Positions 1 to 12,200 of a stretch of DNA of 64,000 bases are shown piece by piece (position 1 is the first letter of the stretch; the number at the start of each line of letters is the position of its first letter). The stretch covers positions 372,001 to 436,000 of the forward strand of contig VJWM01000117.1 of the NCBI GenBank assembly GCA_010909165.1, written 5' to 3'. Source of the stretch: Anthoceros angustus (lineage: Eukaryota; Plantae; Anthocerotophyta). Both the position numbers and the translations under genes were made by a program. The notes under the pieces were generated by a model. That model was not told the origin of the DNA. It made no database searches and was given only the letters and a program-made list of their open reading frames with translations.

Positions 1-23
1 TGCAAGCGATTCTAAACCCCAAA

Positions 24-419
24 ATGAACACAGATCCTCACACAAATCCACACATTCAACTCACACAACTCACAACGGCCCACAAAACTCGCAAACCCAC
101 ACTCTCACATAATCAGCCACAGCTCACGCTCATAGGCTCAGCCCACTGCTCGCCACAAGCTCACAAGCTCACCACAGCTCACAAGCCTCCACGCTCTCAC
201 AAGCTCGCCTCACAAGCTCACAAGCTATCGCCTCGCCTCACAAGCTCAGGCTTTCACAGCTCACGGCTCGCCTCACAGTTCTGTGCTCGGCTCACTCTCC
301 CTCTCACAAGCTCAAGGCTCAATTTTCAAGGCTCTGTGCCCGGCTCACAAGCTCTCTGTGTGCTCATAGGCTCACACGCTCACAAGGCTCGCACACACTC
401 TTGCAGGCTCGCATAGAAA

Positions 420-420
<1 letters not shown>
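24..420. repeat. Degenerate short-period CTCACAAG/GCTCAC-rich simple repeat
   Basis: Repeated ctcacaagct/gctcac words throughout; the 24..416 ORF is a by-product of low complexity. Confidence 0.75.

Positions 421-450
<30 letters not shown>
421..450. repeat. (CA)n microsatellite
   Basis: tcacacacac...acacac run seen directly. Confidence 0.95.
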
Positions 451-453
<3 letters not shown>

Positions 454-627
454 TAAACACACAAACATAGAAGCCATTCCCACACACAGACTACAACAAA
501 CATGGGGGCCATTCCCCTGCACACACACTCACAAACATTGGGGCCATTCCCCTAGACACACACAAAGGGGACATTCCCCACAAAAAGCCAGTATCATTAT
601 CAATTTCTAAGAGTTTCTAAGGAGCAA

Positions 628-1850
628 CTAAAAGAAAGCACCAAACCAGTATTCCTCGCTCCTTGATCTCTTCAAATTACACTTCGAAGTTGAAGCCTCA
701 TTTCCCTTCCTCTTCATGCTCTTCACCCTTGATGACTTGAGCTCTTTGGCGTAGTCCGACCTAGCTTCACAAAGAAGGCGTTGAGCTTCAAGTTCTGCCC
801 GTCTGAGAGGCCATGAGATTGAAAAACTTTTCCGCATTTAGAGGGATACCTCAACCTCTTCAAATTCTTCCACCTCTTCCATGAGATGGAGTGGTTCAAC
901 TTCAACAAGTACTTCATCGTGGCTTGCCACCACCACACTTGGGAGGTTAAGGCTTCCCACCCGAGGCGGAGGCCACACCCCGATTCTGCAAGAATCGAAT
1001 ATGTTACCAAGAAGCCGTGTTACAACAAATGACTTGAAAGATCTTCTATAAGAACTGAGGAGAAAGATCCTCACTTAACCCGGGCTTCAATCTAGGCACC
1101 AAATTGTCCAAAAACCAGCCATTATCATCCACTTGCTTGCGCTCAATGCCGATTATACGGCTCCTATGGCAAATCCAAAAAGAGTTAAAATAGGACAATC
1201 AAAACTTGCAAAGACATCAAATCAAAATCTTACCATCCAAATCATCATCTTTGTAACCAGCATCCTTGAGGTCCCCGCCACAATTGTTTGGCACCTATTC
1301 TGGTTGGAGCCAAACGCCGGATGAGGAAGATTGGCCCAATATGTTTCAAGTTTTATTATCCAATTTCCGGCCTTCTTGCCACTCTCTCTCTTGCTGTAGG
1401 ACGCCTACCAAAGAGTTGGTAAAACCGATTTGTAACTTCACAAACCCACCATTACCAAAGTGGGCATACGGGCATCCGAGTTCAACTTCCTCAACATTGC
1501 TATGCGTTTTGTGACATCTCCATCCCCTTGGCTTTTCATTCTCCACAATGCGATCCCATCGGTCACCGAGATATCACGAGGCTTATACTTAGGTGGATGA
1601 TTACCCTCAAGAAATTGTCTTGCGATCTTGCAAGATTGTTCTTCCAATTGCGCAACATGGTGTTGAACATTTGGTCACACACATGAGCCATGCTCCAAAT
1701 CCCACCAACATCTCTTGAATGGCCTCCACAATTGCTTGTGTCTCTAGTTTCTCTCCGGTTGCCAATCAATGGATCCATGAAGTGCCGCATTACCCACCTC
1801 AACCGAAATTGGAGCACTTCATATTGTATGAATCTTCTTTAATCCAACCT
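628..1850 (-). mobile_element. Frameshifted CACTA TnpA/Transposase_24-like ORF remnant
   Basis: Stitched minus frames give ...CPYAHFGNGGFVKLQ/RFYQLFGRRPTARE..., resembling the H-x-G-x2-G-F...GRxPTRxE motif of Ptta/En/Spm TnpA proteins. Multiple frameshifts. Confidence 0.4.
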
Positions 1851-1989
1851 GACACATGAGAAGGAAAACATCAGAATATGCTTGTACATGCCGTGCAGGC
1901 ATGTGGCCTGTAAGTGGCATGTATAGGCCACATGCTTGTACAGGCACATGCCTGTACAGGCATGTGGCATGTACATCCTTGTACAGGTT

Positions 1990-2430
1990 AGCCAAGCAGG
2001 CCACACACCTGCATGTTTAGCTTGATGACCAAACGAGAAACACACCTGCCTGTTTAGGCTTGAGAGACCAAAGGAGAAACATGGGCAGTCAAGGCCACAC
2101 ACCTGCCAATTTAGACTTGAGAGACCAAAACAGAAACACGGGCAGCCAAGGCCACACACCTGCCTGTTTAGGCTTGAGAGACCAAAAAAGAAACACGGCA
2201 ACAAGGCCACACACCTGCCTGTTTAGGCTTGAGAGACCAAAAAGAAACACGGCGTTCAAGGCCACACACACATGCATGTTTAGGCTTGATGCAATAGAAA
2301 AATACGGCGATCAAGGCCACACACTTGCGGCTTTAGGCTAGCAAAAAAAGAGAAACATCATCAAGGCCACACACTTGCCTGCTCAGCTTGAGAGACCAAA
2401 AGAGAACATTAGCGCTCAAGGCCACACACT
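1990..2430. repeat. Tandem repeat, ~55-bp unit, ~8 copies
   Basis: Unit approx. CAAGGCCACACACCTGCCTGTTTAGGCTTGAGAGACCAAAAAGAAACACGG, with degenerate copies at the edges. Confidence 0.9.
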
Positions 2431-2944
2431 ACCGGACAAGCTTATGAAAGTAAAAGCAAGGAGTCGTTTCAACTAAAACCGAAACACCGATTCTAGATGA
2501 ATGTCCATGTGGAATGACGTGCGTGCATTTGGGCGCCTCCCTTTAATTCGATTCCTTGGCAATGCGGCGATCTCCGTCTCCGCCATCTCCCCTCCTCCAC
2601 ATGGATTTTCCACTTCTTGGCTGCTCCATCACCGGCTGCACTTCTTCAAACCCGAGAACCAACATTGACGGAAGGGTTAGGAGTAGGAGTGGTGGAGGTG
2701 GCATGGGAGTCTGGATACCGGATTGAAGGTCCGGTAAGTTTTGAGCCGCAGTGTCACGGACAAGGGAGGAAGCAGCTTGGCCTTCGCACTATCATCTTTC
2801 TCAAAAGGTCTGCGTGCACATAAGCCACTGGTGGCCCTTGTTCTCTCATCCGCGAAGACCTAAGAGGAGGTGGTCGACTTGGCCGGGTTCGCTTCTCTGA
2901 AACGGCACCAGCTCTTCCACAGCGGCGCCGCCATGGGATTAGCG

Positions 2945-3055
2945 CCCTACTCCTCCTCCACGCATCGGAGGCCCTCCTCCTCCACGGCAGAGGAGGCTGC
3001 TCCTCCTCCACGCATCGGGAGGAGGCTGCTCCTCCTCCACGGCATCGGAGGAGTT
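2945..3055. repeat. Short tandem repeat (~27-bp unit)
   Basis: ctcctcctccacg(g)catcggaggaggctg repeated 3-4 times. Confidence 0.8.
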
Positions 3056-3984
3056 GTTCTCCACCGCGGGCGGTGCTCGCTTCCTACCACACACAAGTGA
3101 GAAAAGAAAAGCCATCGTTAGAGCTCATTATCATCACCGACCCTAGAGCTGAACTAGTTGAAGGCGTGATTCAAACTCAGAGTGCGATCGGCCGGACAAA
3201 GCCGTTGATGCACAACTCACATTTCGAGGTGACGACGGCGCCTTCCGCTCCTTTTGAGACGCCCTCCCGCTTCTTTGCCTTCACGGTGGCCCATTTTTTC
3301 TGGACGCTAGGCTGGAGCTCGGCTTGCGCTGCCTACTAAACCCAACCACCGAGCCGTTAGAGGATCCTTCCACCACGATCCATCCCGCTCCCCCACCACT
3401 AATCGTTGTGGCCAAAAGTCTTGTTTCCTTATCGCTCGCATGACATGCAAACCCAACACTTGCACGCAGTGCGCACACATACATTGCAAGGTGGTTGGGG
3501 TTAGTAGAAAGGCGCTTAGCAACCTTTGCCCATGAAAGTGCGTGCCCTAAAAAGCACCAAGCATAAGAGATTGGGGATGCACACAAACCTTCTTGATCCA
3601 AGGAATTCAATTTCGTAAGCCCTAATTGTGTTGTAGGTCGAATGCGGCGTCACTAACTAAACACGAGCTTGTGTGTAGTCACTAACTAAACACCATGTGC
3701 CGAGGAGAGCTTGTGTGCGTCACACAACGTGCTGCCCGACCAAGATCTCAGAGAGGGAGGCGCACGACTCAACATGTGACCGCTAAGCAAAGTCGCAATC
3801 TCTCAATCAAGCCCTGCAAAGCCAAGTCGACAATCTTAAGCAAACAGGTGCAGCGGGCCTTGTGTCGGATGGACGCCCAAATTCGCTCGTGCTTCTTCTT
3901 CCGCTTTACAAAGCCTTCCCGCACTTCTCATGGCCTTCCGCTTCTAAAATGTGCAGATGGTTGGCTTCCGCTCTCTCAAACACA

Positions 3985-4300
3985 TAGACTCTCATCACAC
4001 ACCCCGATGGCTGCATGGCCTCAATTACACTACATGAAGCTCCCACTCGTCACACATCCCGATGGCAAGCCCGGCTCTCACACACCCTGGTGGCCCCATG
4101 GCCCTCAATTACACTAGCTACACAAGCTCCCCACCTCACACACCCCGATGGCGGGCCGCATGGCTCAATTACACTAGCTACACAAGCTCCCCACCTCACA
4201 TACCCCGATGGCGCATGGCCCTCAAGTACACTAGCCGCACAAGCTCCCACGCCACACACCCCGATGGCAAGCCGGTTCTCACACACCCCGAGGGCAATCG
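3985..4300. repeat. Tandem repeat, ~60-bp degenerate unit
   Basis: cacaccccgatggc...ctcaattacactagctacacaagctccccacct recurs ~4-5 times. Confidence 0.8.
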
Positions 4301-5164
4301 ACATACACAGCTCTCAACACATACGCCGCAGATGTAAACATCTACTTATGACATGAACCCGCCTTTATATCGATTTGTGCAAGCATGTTCCCGCCTTGGA
4401 CAAGATCTTGCATGCATTGCACCGCCTCACCGCCATGTGCACTGCCACCTACCTCGTGCACTGCAGTGCTGGTGAGTTTGTATGAAACGACTTTGAAACT
4501 ACTATTTGCAACGCTCGTTAAGTCAAACGATTACCATTTACAACACACTCGTTGTAAAATTAGAAACTATTACTATTTACAACGCAGTTCACTTTTACGT
4601 TCTAAAATCTCTAGTAGGTAAAAGTGGTACACATATGGAGGCACAAAAGGAAACTAAGAGACCCTCTCTTCACCGTTGCTCGGCTTCTCAAGAAAGGTCG
4701 GCCACGGCGCTTAGGATCGTGTCATGCGCACAAACCGATCCCCTACATTCTTGTGTACATACGTATCTCACCTTAGTTCATGGTAGGCAAAGAAAGATGC
4801 TCACCTCACGCGCCCAAGGTGGATCGAAATGGCTATGGAAATTTGTGCATGTTCACCGAGGGGTGGTGCTTTTCGAACATATGGTTGGAAAGAGGAGGTC
4901 ATCACGGTAATTGTGGTGTTGAGAACATTGTGATTTTCTTGTAATTAGAAATTCATAAGAAAAACGCCAAAATGGGGCAAAAAGGCGCCTTGGGTTAAGC
5001 ATGCTCGGCCCGGCTGCTGTGCAAAAGTTCTCGGCTTCCGGCGAACACTTCGGGCTTAGTTGAGAAAACTAGATTGCAACTAGCTGGAGTGGAGCCGGTG
5101 GGCGTAACAGAATCCCGCCTCGAGAACCAAGTAATAAACTTGGGTGAGGTTTAGGCTTCGGTAC

Positions 5165-6060
5165 ACATACTCCGTGATGCTCGCACGTATTCACATCCCA
5201 TCTAACAATCCCTTCATAATCACGCGCAAATGCGACTTTATGTACTTGTTCCAACTCGGACAACTCAATTTGGAGGGTAGACATTTCTACCATGGGACAA
5301 TGCACATCACCATGTCATTGACCACCGTTGCAAACTCAAACACTTTTATCCTCCTTGATACTCCAGAAGGCAAATAGCTCGTCATCCCGATCAAACTCAA
5401 TGGACACAATATTGGAGGAGTGGAAGAGGTCCCCATGCCGCAACTCGCAATTACCCAAGGCGGTAGAACGGGTGAAAGCATATGAGTGATGAGGTTTTGA
5501 TGGTGACCCATGCAAGCCTACAAATAAAGCTTTAATGCTTCTTTCCTTTTGAGGGAAACCATTGGCATGAAAATGGCAAGATATGACAACGGTGCTTGAG
5601 CAGGGGCTGCTTAGCGTAGTGTGCTCCTCGGAGATATTTTGATGGCGGATAGAGGGATTGTATGGAGCGTAGCTATGTTGTCCCTTAGGTGCTTTCAAGG
5701 CTATTGCTTGGGACTCGTGCCCCTTTAATGTGTAAAAGATCCGGGAATGAATAGAATAAGGGCTAAGGGGCAATGCTTCCTCGGCCATCCACTTGAGCCC
5801 GAGTCTTAAAACCTCGATTCGCCCTCCTTAAAGGTGCTAAAGAATTTAAGTCTTCTTGGCACTCATCATCATGCCGCTTGTTGATGTTGCCGAGCGGCGG
5901 TACCTAATGAGAGTTCAATCCTCGATCGCACACCGTAACGCATTTCGAGGTTCCGCACACCGCCCACACCCACTCTGCATACACAGGGAGTTGAAAGACC
6001 CACATATGGTTTCTTTGACGCCATGGAGTTTGAGAGTAAGGGGCTCCTTGGGGCTGTCAC
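5165..6060 (-). pseudogene. COP1: COP1 E3 ligase pseudogene fragment (part of coiled coil to first WD40 repeats)
   Basis: Stitched minus frames: ELRHGDLFHSSNIVS-IEFDRDDELFA-SGVSRRIKVFEFATVVNDMV-MHCPMVEMST-SKLSCPSWNKYIKSH..DYEGIV.WDVNT, matching the COP1 WD40 start (HGDIFHSANIVSSIEFDRDDELFATAGVSRCIKVF...VEMSTRSKLSCLSWNK). Weaker coiled-coil similarity at 5900-6060. Many 1-3 bp indels. Confidence 0.85.
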
Positions 6061-7059
6061 TTTGTTCCTGTTTCCAGTAACGGTCAGCACACTATAGTTT
6101 TATAGCTGATCCGTTCCTGCGCGAATCGAGCTCAAAGTGAGCGCACACTTTGAGGATTGTGTTTGTCCGACCCGGCTGATTGTGAACTCGGTTGTGAACT
6201 CCGATTGTGTTAAGCGACCCGGCCGTGCGCGTTTTGAGCAGCGATGGCCGACAACCGCAGCGGCCGAGAACCATCCGGAGGTGATGGCGGACAACTGGCG
6301 GCCGGCGGCCGAGGACCTTCCGGAGGTGGATCCCAGGCCGGGAGGAGATGCGTGATGAAGAGGAGGTGATGCCTGTGAATTGTGCAAACTTTGACCCTTG
6401 TGACAAGGGTTGTGTAACATTGTCCGCTTCCTAGCCTTCCTCGGAGAAAAGAGAAGGGTCCCACCCTTCCGATGGAACTCCCTTGTTTTTTGGTCACATG
6501 CTTCCACGCCGCACGCCTTGATGTGCTATCATCACGTTGGTACTACTCGATCCGGGGTCTCCAAGGGCTTACTTTTGTGAAGAAACGGAACTCGGATGAC
6601 TCGACTTGGGAGAATCAGATCTTGTGCAACCTAATCATCTCCTTCTATCGTAAGTGTAAAAGTCCATGAGTGATCTGCTTTGCATGATAAATGCTAACAA
6701 GGTAGATTTTTGTTGGGGCTCAAGGTTTTAATCGGCATCACGGGAGCATGACGAGCCACCGCTTTGTGAAGACTATGCTCTGATACCCGAGCCGGATCCG
6801 AGTGATAATGAACTCATCACAAATGTGGTTTCGTAGTCTACCCAAGTCACGCGAGGTTGGCAAAGACGATGCCTATCGGGTGATGTAAGTCGAGCTTTTG
6901 ATATAAAGTTGCTCACACATTTCACAATCTTGACCCCACAAATAAGGAAAAGGCTTGCGCCTGACTTAAGTAAGCTAAGGCTATATCAATAGCACACGGT
7001 GCTTTACAACGAATGCAAATTGCCCAAAGCTGTAAGTTAGCTAGCGCTTTGGACCATTG

Positions 7060-7570
7060 CACTTGTAAGAGGCTTCGCGGTGACATCGAAGAGCCAAGCC
7101 GCCCATTGTGCGAGGGCCTTCTCATAGCAAGGGTCGCACCATCCGGCGCTAGATAGCTACAAGTCCGCGCAGTCGGTTTCTTTGCCGCGAGTATTGTCGG
7201 TTGCATGCAATTGCTCATGATTAGAATTGGCTGCCGTTGCAAATGTCTGCATGGTTGATAAGAGGCGTTGCAAATTTCCCAAACCGATAACGCCGTGTTG
7301 AAAGCGCTTTGGATTGACCGCCTAATAAGCACATGTAAGAGGCCTTTCTCTTGTCCCAGCTACTAACCATCCACTACATAGCTAGAAGGGCCTTCCATCG
7401 ATGTAGCGAGGGCCTTCTAGTAGCAGGTCAATAAAAACTGGTGCACACCTAAATCGACCATCCACTGGATGCTAGATAGCTACAAGTCCGCTGCAGTCTA
7501 TGCTCTTTGTAAAGCGTTTTCGAGTATCGCGTATCGCATGGAATTGCTCTAGATTAGAATTGGCTCGATT
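7060..7570. repeat. Degenerate ~325-bp direct duplication
   Basis: gctagatagctacaagtccgc at ~7147 and ~7470; attagaattggct at ~7220 and ~7553; tgtaagaggc at ~7064 and ~7334. Confidence 0.65.
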
Positions 7571-7849
7571 TATGCGGTTTACGCCGACACGGAGGTTGGA
7601 GCGAGGGGCCGAGCACTTCACCGAAGGTAGCCTGCACTTTCCAACGTGCTGAAGGCAGGGCAAGTGTTGTCGAGCTTAAGCTAACCCACGATCATTGTTG
7701 AGGGTAGGTCCTTATGGATCGCTCGAGATTTAGCGCCCAAATATCCAATATATTTTCCAAAATGTTGGTGCAAAGAGTGCAAGGCGAGTTCAAGCTAACC
7801 ACGTAAACATTTGCGCAAGAATGGACCTTACCTCCACAGAAGTCCCGGT

Positions 7850-7982
7850 GGAGAACCGCAAGGAGATGAAGAACGAGAGGAGAAGGAGGACGAGGAGGAG
7901 AAGAACAACGAGGAGGAGAAGGAGGAGGAGAAGGAGGAGGAGAAGAAATAGCGAACAAGGAGAACCACCCGTAGCCACAACC
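7850..7982 (+). repeat. GAG/AAG purine-rich tract; possible Glu-rich exon ending at a GTGAGT donor
   Basis: (GAGGAGGAGAAG)n-like tract, then cc|gtgagt at ~7983 and AT-rich intron-like sequence. Confidence 0.5.
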
Positions 7983-8283
7983 GTGAGTTGCAATCCTTTT
8001 CTTCTATGCTAGGAAATAAACTAATGAAGTAATTATGGAGCCCTTTTCTTCTATGCTAGAAAATACAATAATAAAGCAATTATATAATATTATCTATAGA
8101 ATAATTACGATGGCATACTAATTGTGGTAAGTATGTTTCTCTTGTTATATTAAAGGTAGTTTAATTATTCATATGTGTAATTATGGTTGTTTTTATAGTT
8201 GGAAGGAGTTTGTTTGTTTGCATGTTATAACAAGTACGTAAGAGGAGTGGACACATGGCTTTGCGGTGTAGGAAAACCTTTGG

Positions 8284-8907
8284 ATGGAAGGAGACCGGAC
8301 CCTTTATTGCACCTCCTTATCATCCAAAAGAGGGGAAGATCCAAAGTCTCATGATGCTATTGTTTTATACAAGCATCTTTTGAAAGGCGTGTACCCTAGA
8401 GAATGGGGAATGTGGGAGAAGGGACCTATTCCTATTAACAAGTCATTTCTATATTGGGGAAGGTGGATAGTGAAGGCAACAAACACCATGGGGTTGGGTT
8501 TATTTTCCATGGAGAAAATCGTAGTGAGAAAAGATAATGTGAATGGAGTTCCTTTGTTTGTGTTTGGGGGTCCAAAGTATACAGGGAGAATATAACAAGA
8601 TAGTGAACTACAACAGGTTACCAGATTTCCGCAAGTATGCATTGACTTTCAATAGACTCCGGCGTAAAGATGTTAATGATGGCCCAATTGAGTACCTCGA
8701 TGGGCATGTTGCATATGGGAATGTGGCAGGATATATGAATAGTAGTAGTGGAAATATCGCAATCAAGCAAAATTGCATTTGGGAAGAAAGGTCGGATGGG
8801 CATGAGCTACTAAGTGACCATCTTGATTGGATTTGCACTTGGGCGGAGGACCATTAATCTGGGAAGAGTTGTTTGTTGATTACAATTGGTATAACCGAAC
8901 CATTTGA
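8284..8907 (+). pseudogene. SET-domain (lysine methyltransferase-like) ORF with ~2 frameshifts
   Basis: Stitched frames: WIVKATNTMGLGLFSMEKIVV..VPLFVFGG (SET motif I, GxG-F) ... YLDGHVAYGNVAGYMNSS..NC (cf. GNxARFxNHSCxPNC) ... ICTWA/RTINLG/EELFVDYNWY (cf. A-x-RDIxxGEELxxDY). All three hallmark SET motifs occur in order with plausible spacing. Confidence 0.7.
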
Positions 8908-9259
8908 AGCCAAAAGGAAGGCATGCGGGAAGAGTACATAGACACATTAAATTACGCATGATGGAGTGGAAGAAATTGAAGGCAAAGTTGATGCACGAGG
9001 ATGTGGAATAGTTTTGTTGTAGGATGTAGAAGAGTTGATGTTGAGGGTTTTGTACCTTGTGTATATTGACTATATCGCAACAAAACAATTAGTATATCTC
9101 CGACTTGACTTCTTAACCTTTTAGTTTTGCATGTTGTTCAATATTTCCTTAATAATAGTGGTTATACTAAAGTTATTAAATTATAATATAATTTATTCTA
9201 TATAGTACTACAATATTTTATATACTTATTTGATATTTATTTTGTGCGTGTGATTGAAT

Positions 9260-12200
9260 AATCAGATTGAAGAGGAACAAGATTTTATTGAGGTTGATGA
9301 TCATTTTGAGGTTGATGAAGAACATGTCAACATTCATCCCGACGAACAAGTGACCATAGAGTTGGTGGAGGCACTTGGTGGGGTTTCGCAGAAATGACTA
9401 AAGAAGGTCGATTCCTTGCACGAGGAATTAAAGGCGATGCACACAAGAACACGCCTCTATGGGTTGGAGCCGAGATAAGTTTATTGGCATTCATTTTATT
9501 GTTATTGAACATCCAAAGGAGGCATGGCTGGTCGGATGCATCTTTTGAATTCAATTTTATCATTAGGCAAATTAGGCCCGTTGGCAACAAGTTGCCAAAA
9601 GTAGGGCTGAAATTAAAAAGATGCTTAAGGGTTTGGCCTAACATATACATCCATACATGCTTGTCAAGATGATTGTCTGTTTTCAAAGTAGTCAATTGCT
9701 ATTGCAAGATGTGTGGAAACATAGGTATCGAATTGACACGAAGACCAGTGTGTAAATTAAGCTACTTGATATTTTCCATTGATTCCTAGATTGAAACAAA
9801 TGTTTAGATGTCGAGCTAGCAAGTATGATGTCATGGCACGCCACAAATAAGTCTAATGATGGGATTATGCGGGTCCCATCGGATAGCTATGCATGGGAAC
9901 ATGTGGACAACACTTATCGAGTTTGCTAAGGAGCAACATTCGATTAGGACTTGCTACGGATGGGATTAATCCTTTGGGCACCAAAGTTCTAGGTATTCTA
10001 TATGGCTGTGCTTCTTGTCAATTATAACGCCTCCTTGGTTATCTATCAAGAATGGGCATATATTGTTGTCAATGATTATTCTGGTCGAAGCAAGTAAAAG
10101 ATGCGATATATTTTCAACCACTCATCGAAGAGTTGAAGATTGTGGGAGGAAGGTGTGGTCGACAAGATGCTTCTATGGCTATTGGAAATGCTCAAAGACA
10201 ATTTAAATTGAAGGCCTTATTGTTGTGGACGATGCATGATTATCAGGATATTCTTTCACTTCTAAAATGCAAACAAAAGGGAAGCGGGCATGTCAATATG
10301 TTGGGACAAATTAGAAGCAAAGTCAATGTTCACAAACAAAATGACGTATGATAAGAATTTTAGAAAATTTTACGAGGAACACAAGTTTAGAGTGGAAGAG
10401 CGGGATTCATTCAATGGAAAGGTGAGATGGAAATTATTCATCCGGACTATGCACCAACTCCGAGGATATTATGATCAAAGCTTTAACCAAATAAAAGACA
10501 ATGGTGAAGACAGTGGGTGTTACTAGACGAGCCTTCAATTTTTGGAGCTTCCATAGGTATGTATGCATGCATATGGGGTCTTGCAAGTATTACCCTTTTC
10601 AAGAATATTTTAATTATATTATTGGTAGCATCGTAGGTAGACTAATAGCTATTCATGAAGGTTAACTTTTAGTCATGCTATTTGGTGGTTGCGATATTGT
10701 TGATCGACACTTATTTGATATCATGCACATTGGAAAGAATGTAAGTCATGATTTTGGCACACATATGTGGGAATCAAGATTCCCTTGATGAGAGATCTTG
10801 AGTATTCAAATACCAAACAAGATTGGTGGCCCCATGCGAGGCCAACTGTGGAAGGAGACAAAGAGGCCAAAACATTGTAAATGGGGTGCAAGGTAGAAAA
10901 AACTCGAACCTGGGGACGGACATTTATAACGACACCGACTGGTTCTTGGACATACAAAGAGGCGAATGTATGCTAATGAGGAAAAATTGAGAACAAGGAT
11001 TTGCAGCATACTGTGGTATGGGTCAAATTTGAGCGTTGTTTTCTAAAGGGAGAGAAGAGAATTTGTGGTTAAAGTCTCATGATCATCACCATCATTAACG
11101 GATTTGTGGCCAATTGTCTTGAAAGGATTAATACATCATGATGTTCACAAGGCTATATGTGATCTTGCCGAGCTATTCGGTGGCTTTGTTCAAAAGAAAT
11201 TGCGAAGGATGAAATTCAGCTATGAAGGTGAAAAGTGTCATCATGTGTGTGTTGGAGAGGAATTTCCAACGACTTTTCGACAAGTCAAGTACATGTTGTT
11301 GTTCATCTTGTGCGGGAGGTTGAATTATGTGGACCAACTCGATATCGATGGATGTCTTTAGAAAGGCAGAAAGTGTTTGGGACATTCAAAAGGACCTAAG
11401 GTAGCATGGCTTAGGATACTTGTGGATTTCTTTGATATGCAAATGATGTGTAGAGGAGGAGTGGAATGGTTGTTATTGCTCATTTATGAAAGATTGAATT
11501 ATTCATCATGTTTTGGCACAATGGGTGATGTACAAATTTTTAAGATGAGATGAACAAATAAAGCAAGATAAATGATAAAGTTTAGCGAGTTATGGGTTGA
11601 TAGGGGTAATGGATAAATGTAAGGAAGATTCTTATAGATATAAAAAAAGGATGTTAAAAAGTATTTTGTTGGGGATGCAGAAGTATTGTGAATAGATTGC
11701 AAAGTTTCAAGGATGGCTGAAGAAGTATGTTGAATGAGTATGTTGAGAAGTGATTATAGAATACAATGTAAGAGTAAGGATGGTTGAAGCAGTATCAAGG
11801 TATTTGAGTATGTGAGAGAAGGGTGCATATAATCCACAAATGAAAGTTAAGGATGGCTTATTGTTATCAAGGTTAATTAGTATTAAGAATGACTAGTGAA
11901 GGGGTGTAGATAAGGAGGCTTAGGAAAGTCAAAAACATTTAATTGAGTTCATGTAAGAGAAGGATATAGAAACAAATGTAAAGAATTTAAGGTTAGTTGA
12001 AGAATTAGGAGATTGAGCTATGGTTCTAAATGGGGTGTATGCAATGTGAGGAAAACATTCTACCAAATTAATTCAAGATTTATGGTATTAGAAAGATAAA
12101 GGCAAGAGCAAGAGTTAAGATGGTATGTGATAGGTTGGAGATTTCCTATATATATAAATAAGATGATGTATCATAATATGTATGATTTAATAGGTCGTGG

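Noticed and set aside
6680-6760. Possible COP1 RING remnant further upstream
   Set aside because: Only a faint resemblance; the Cys/His pattern could not be reconstructed.
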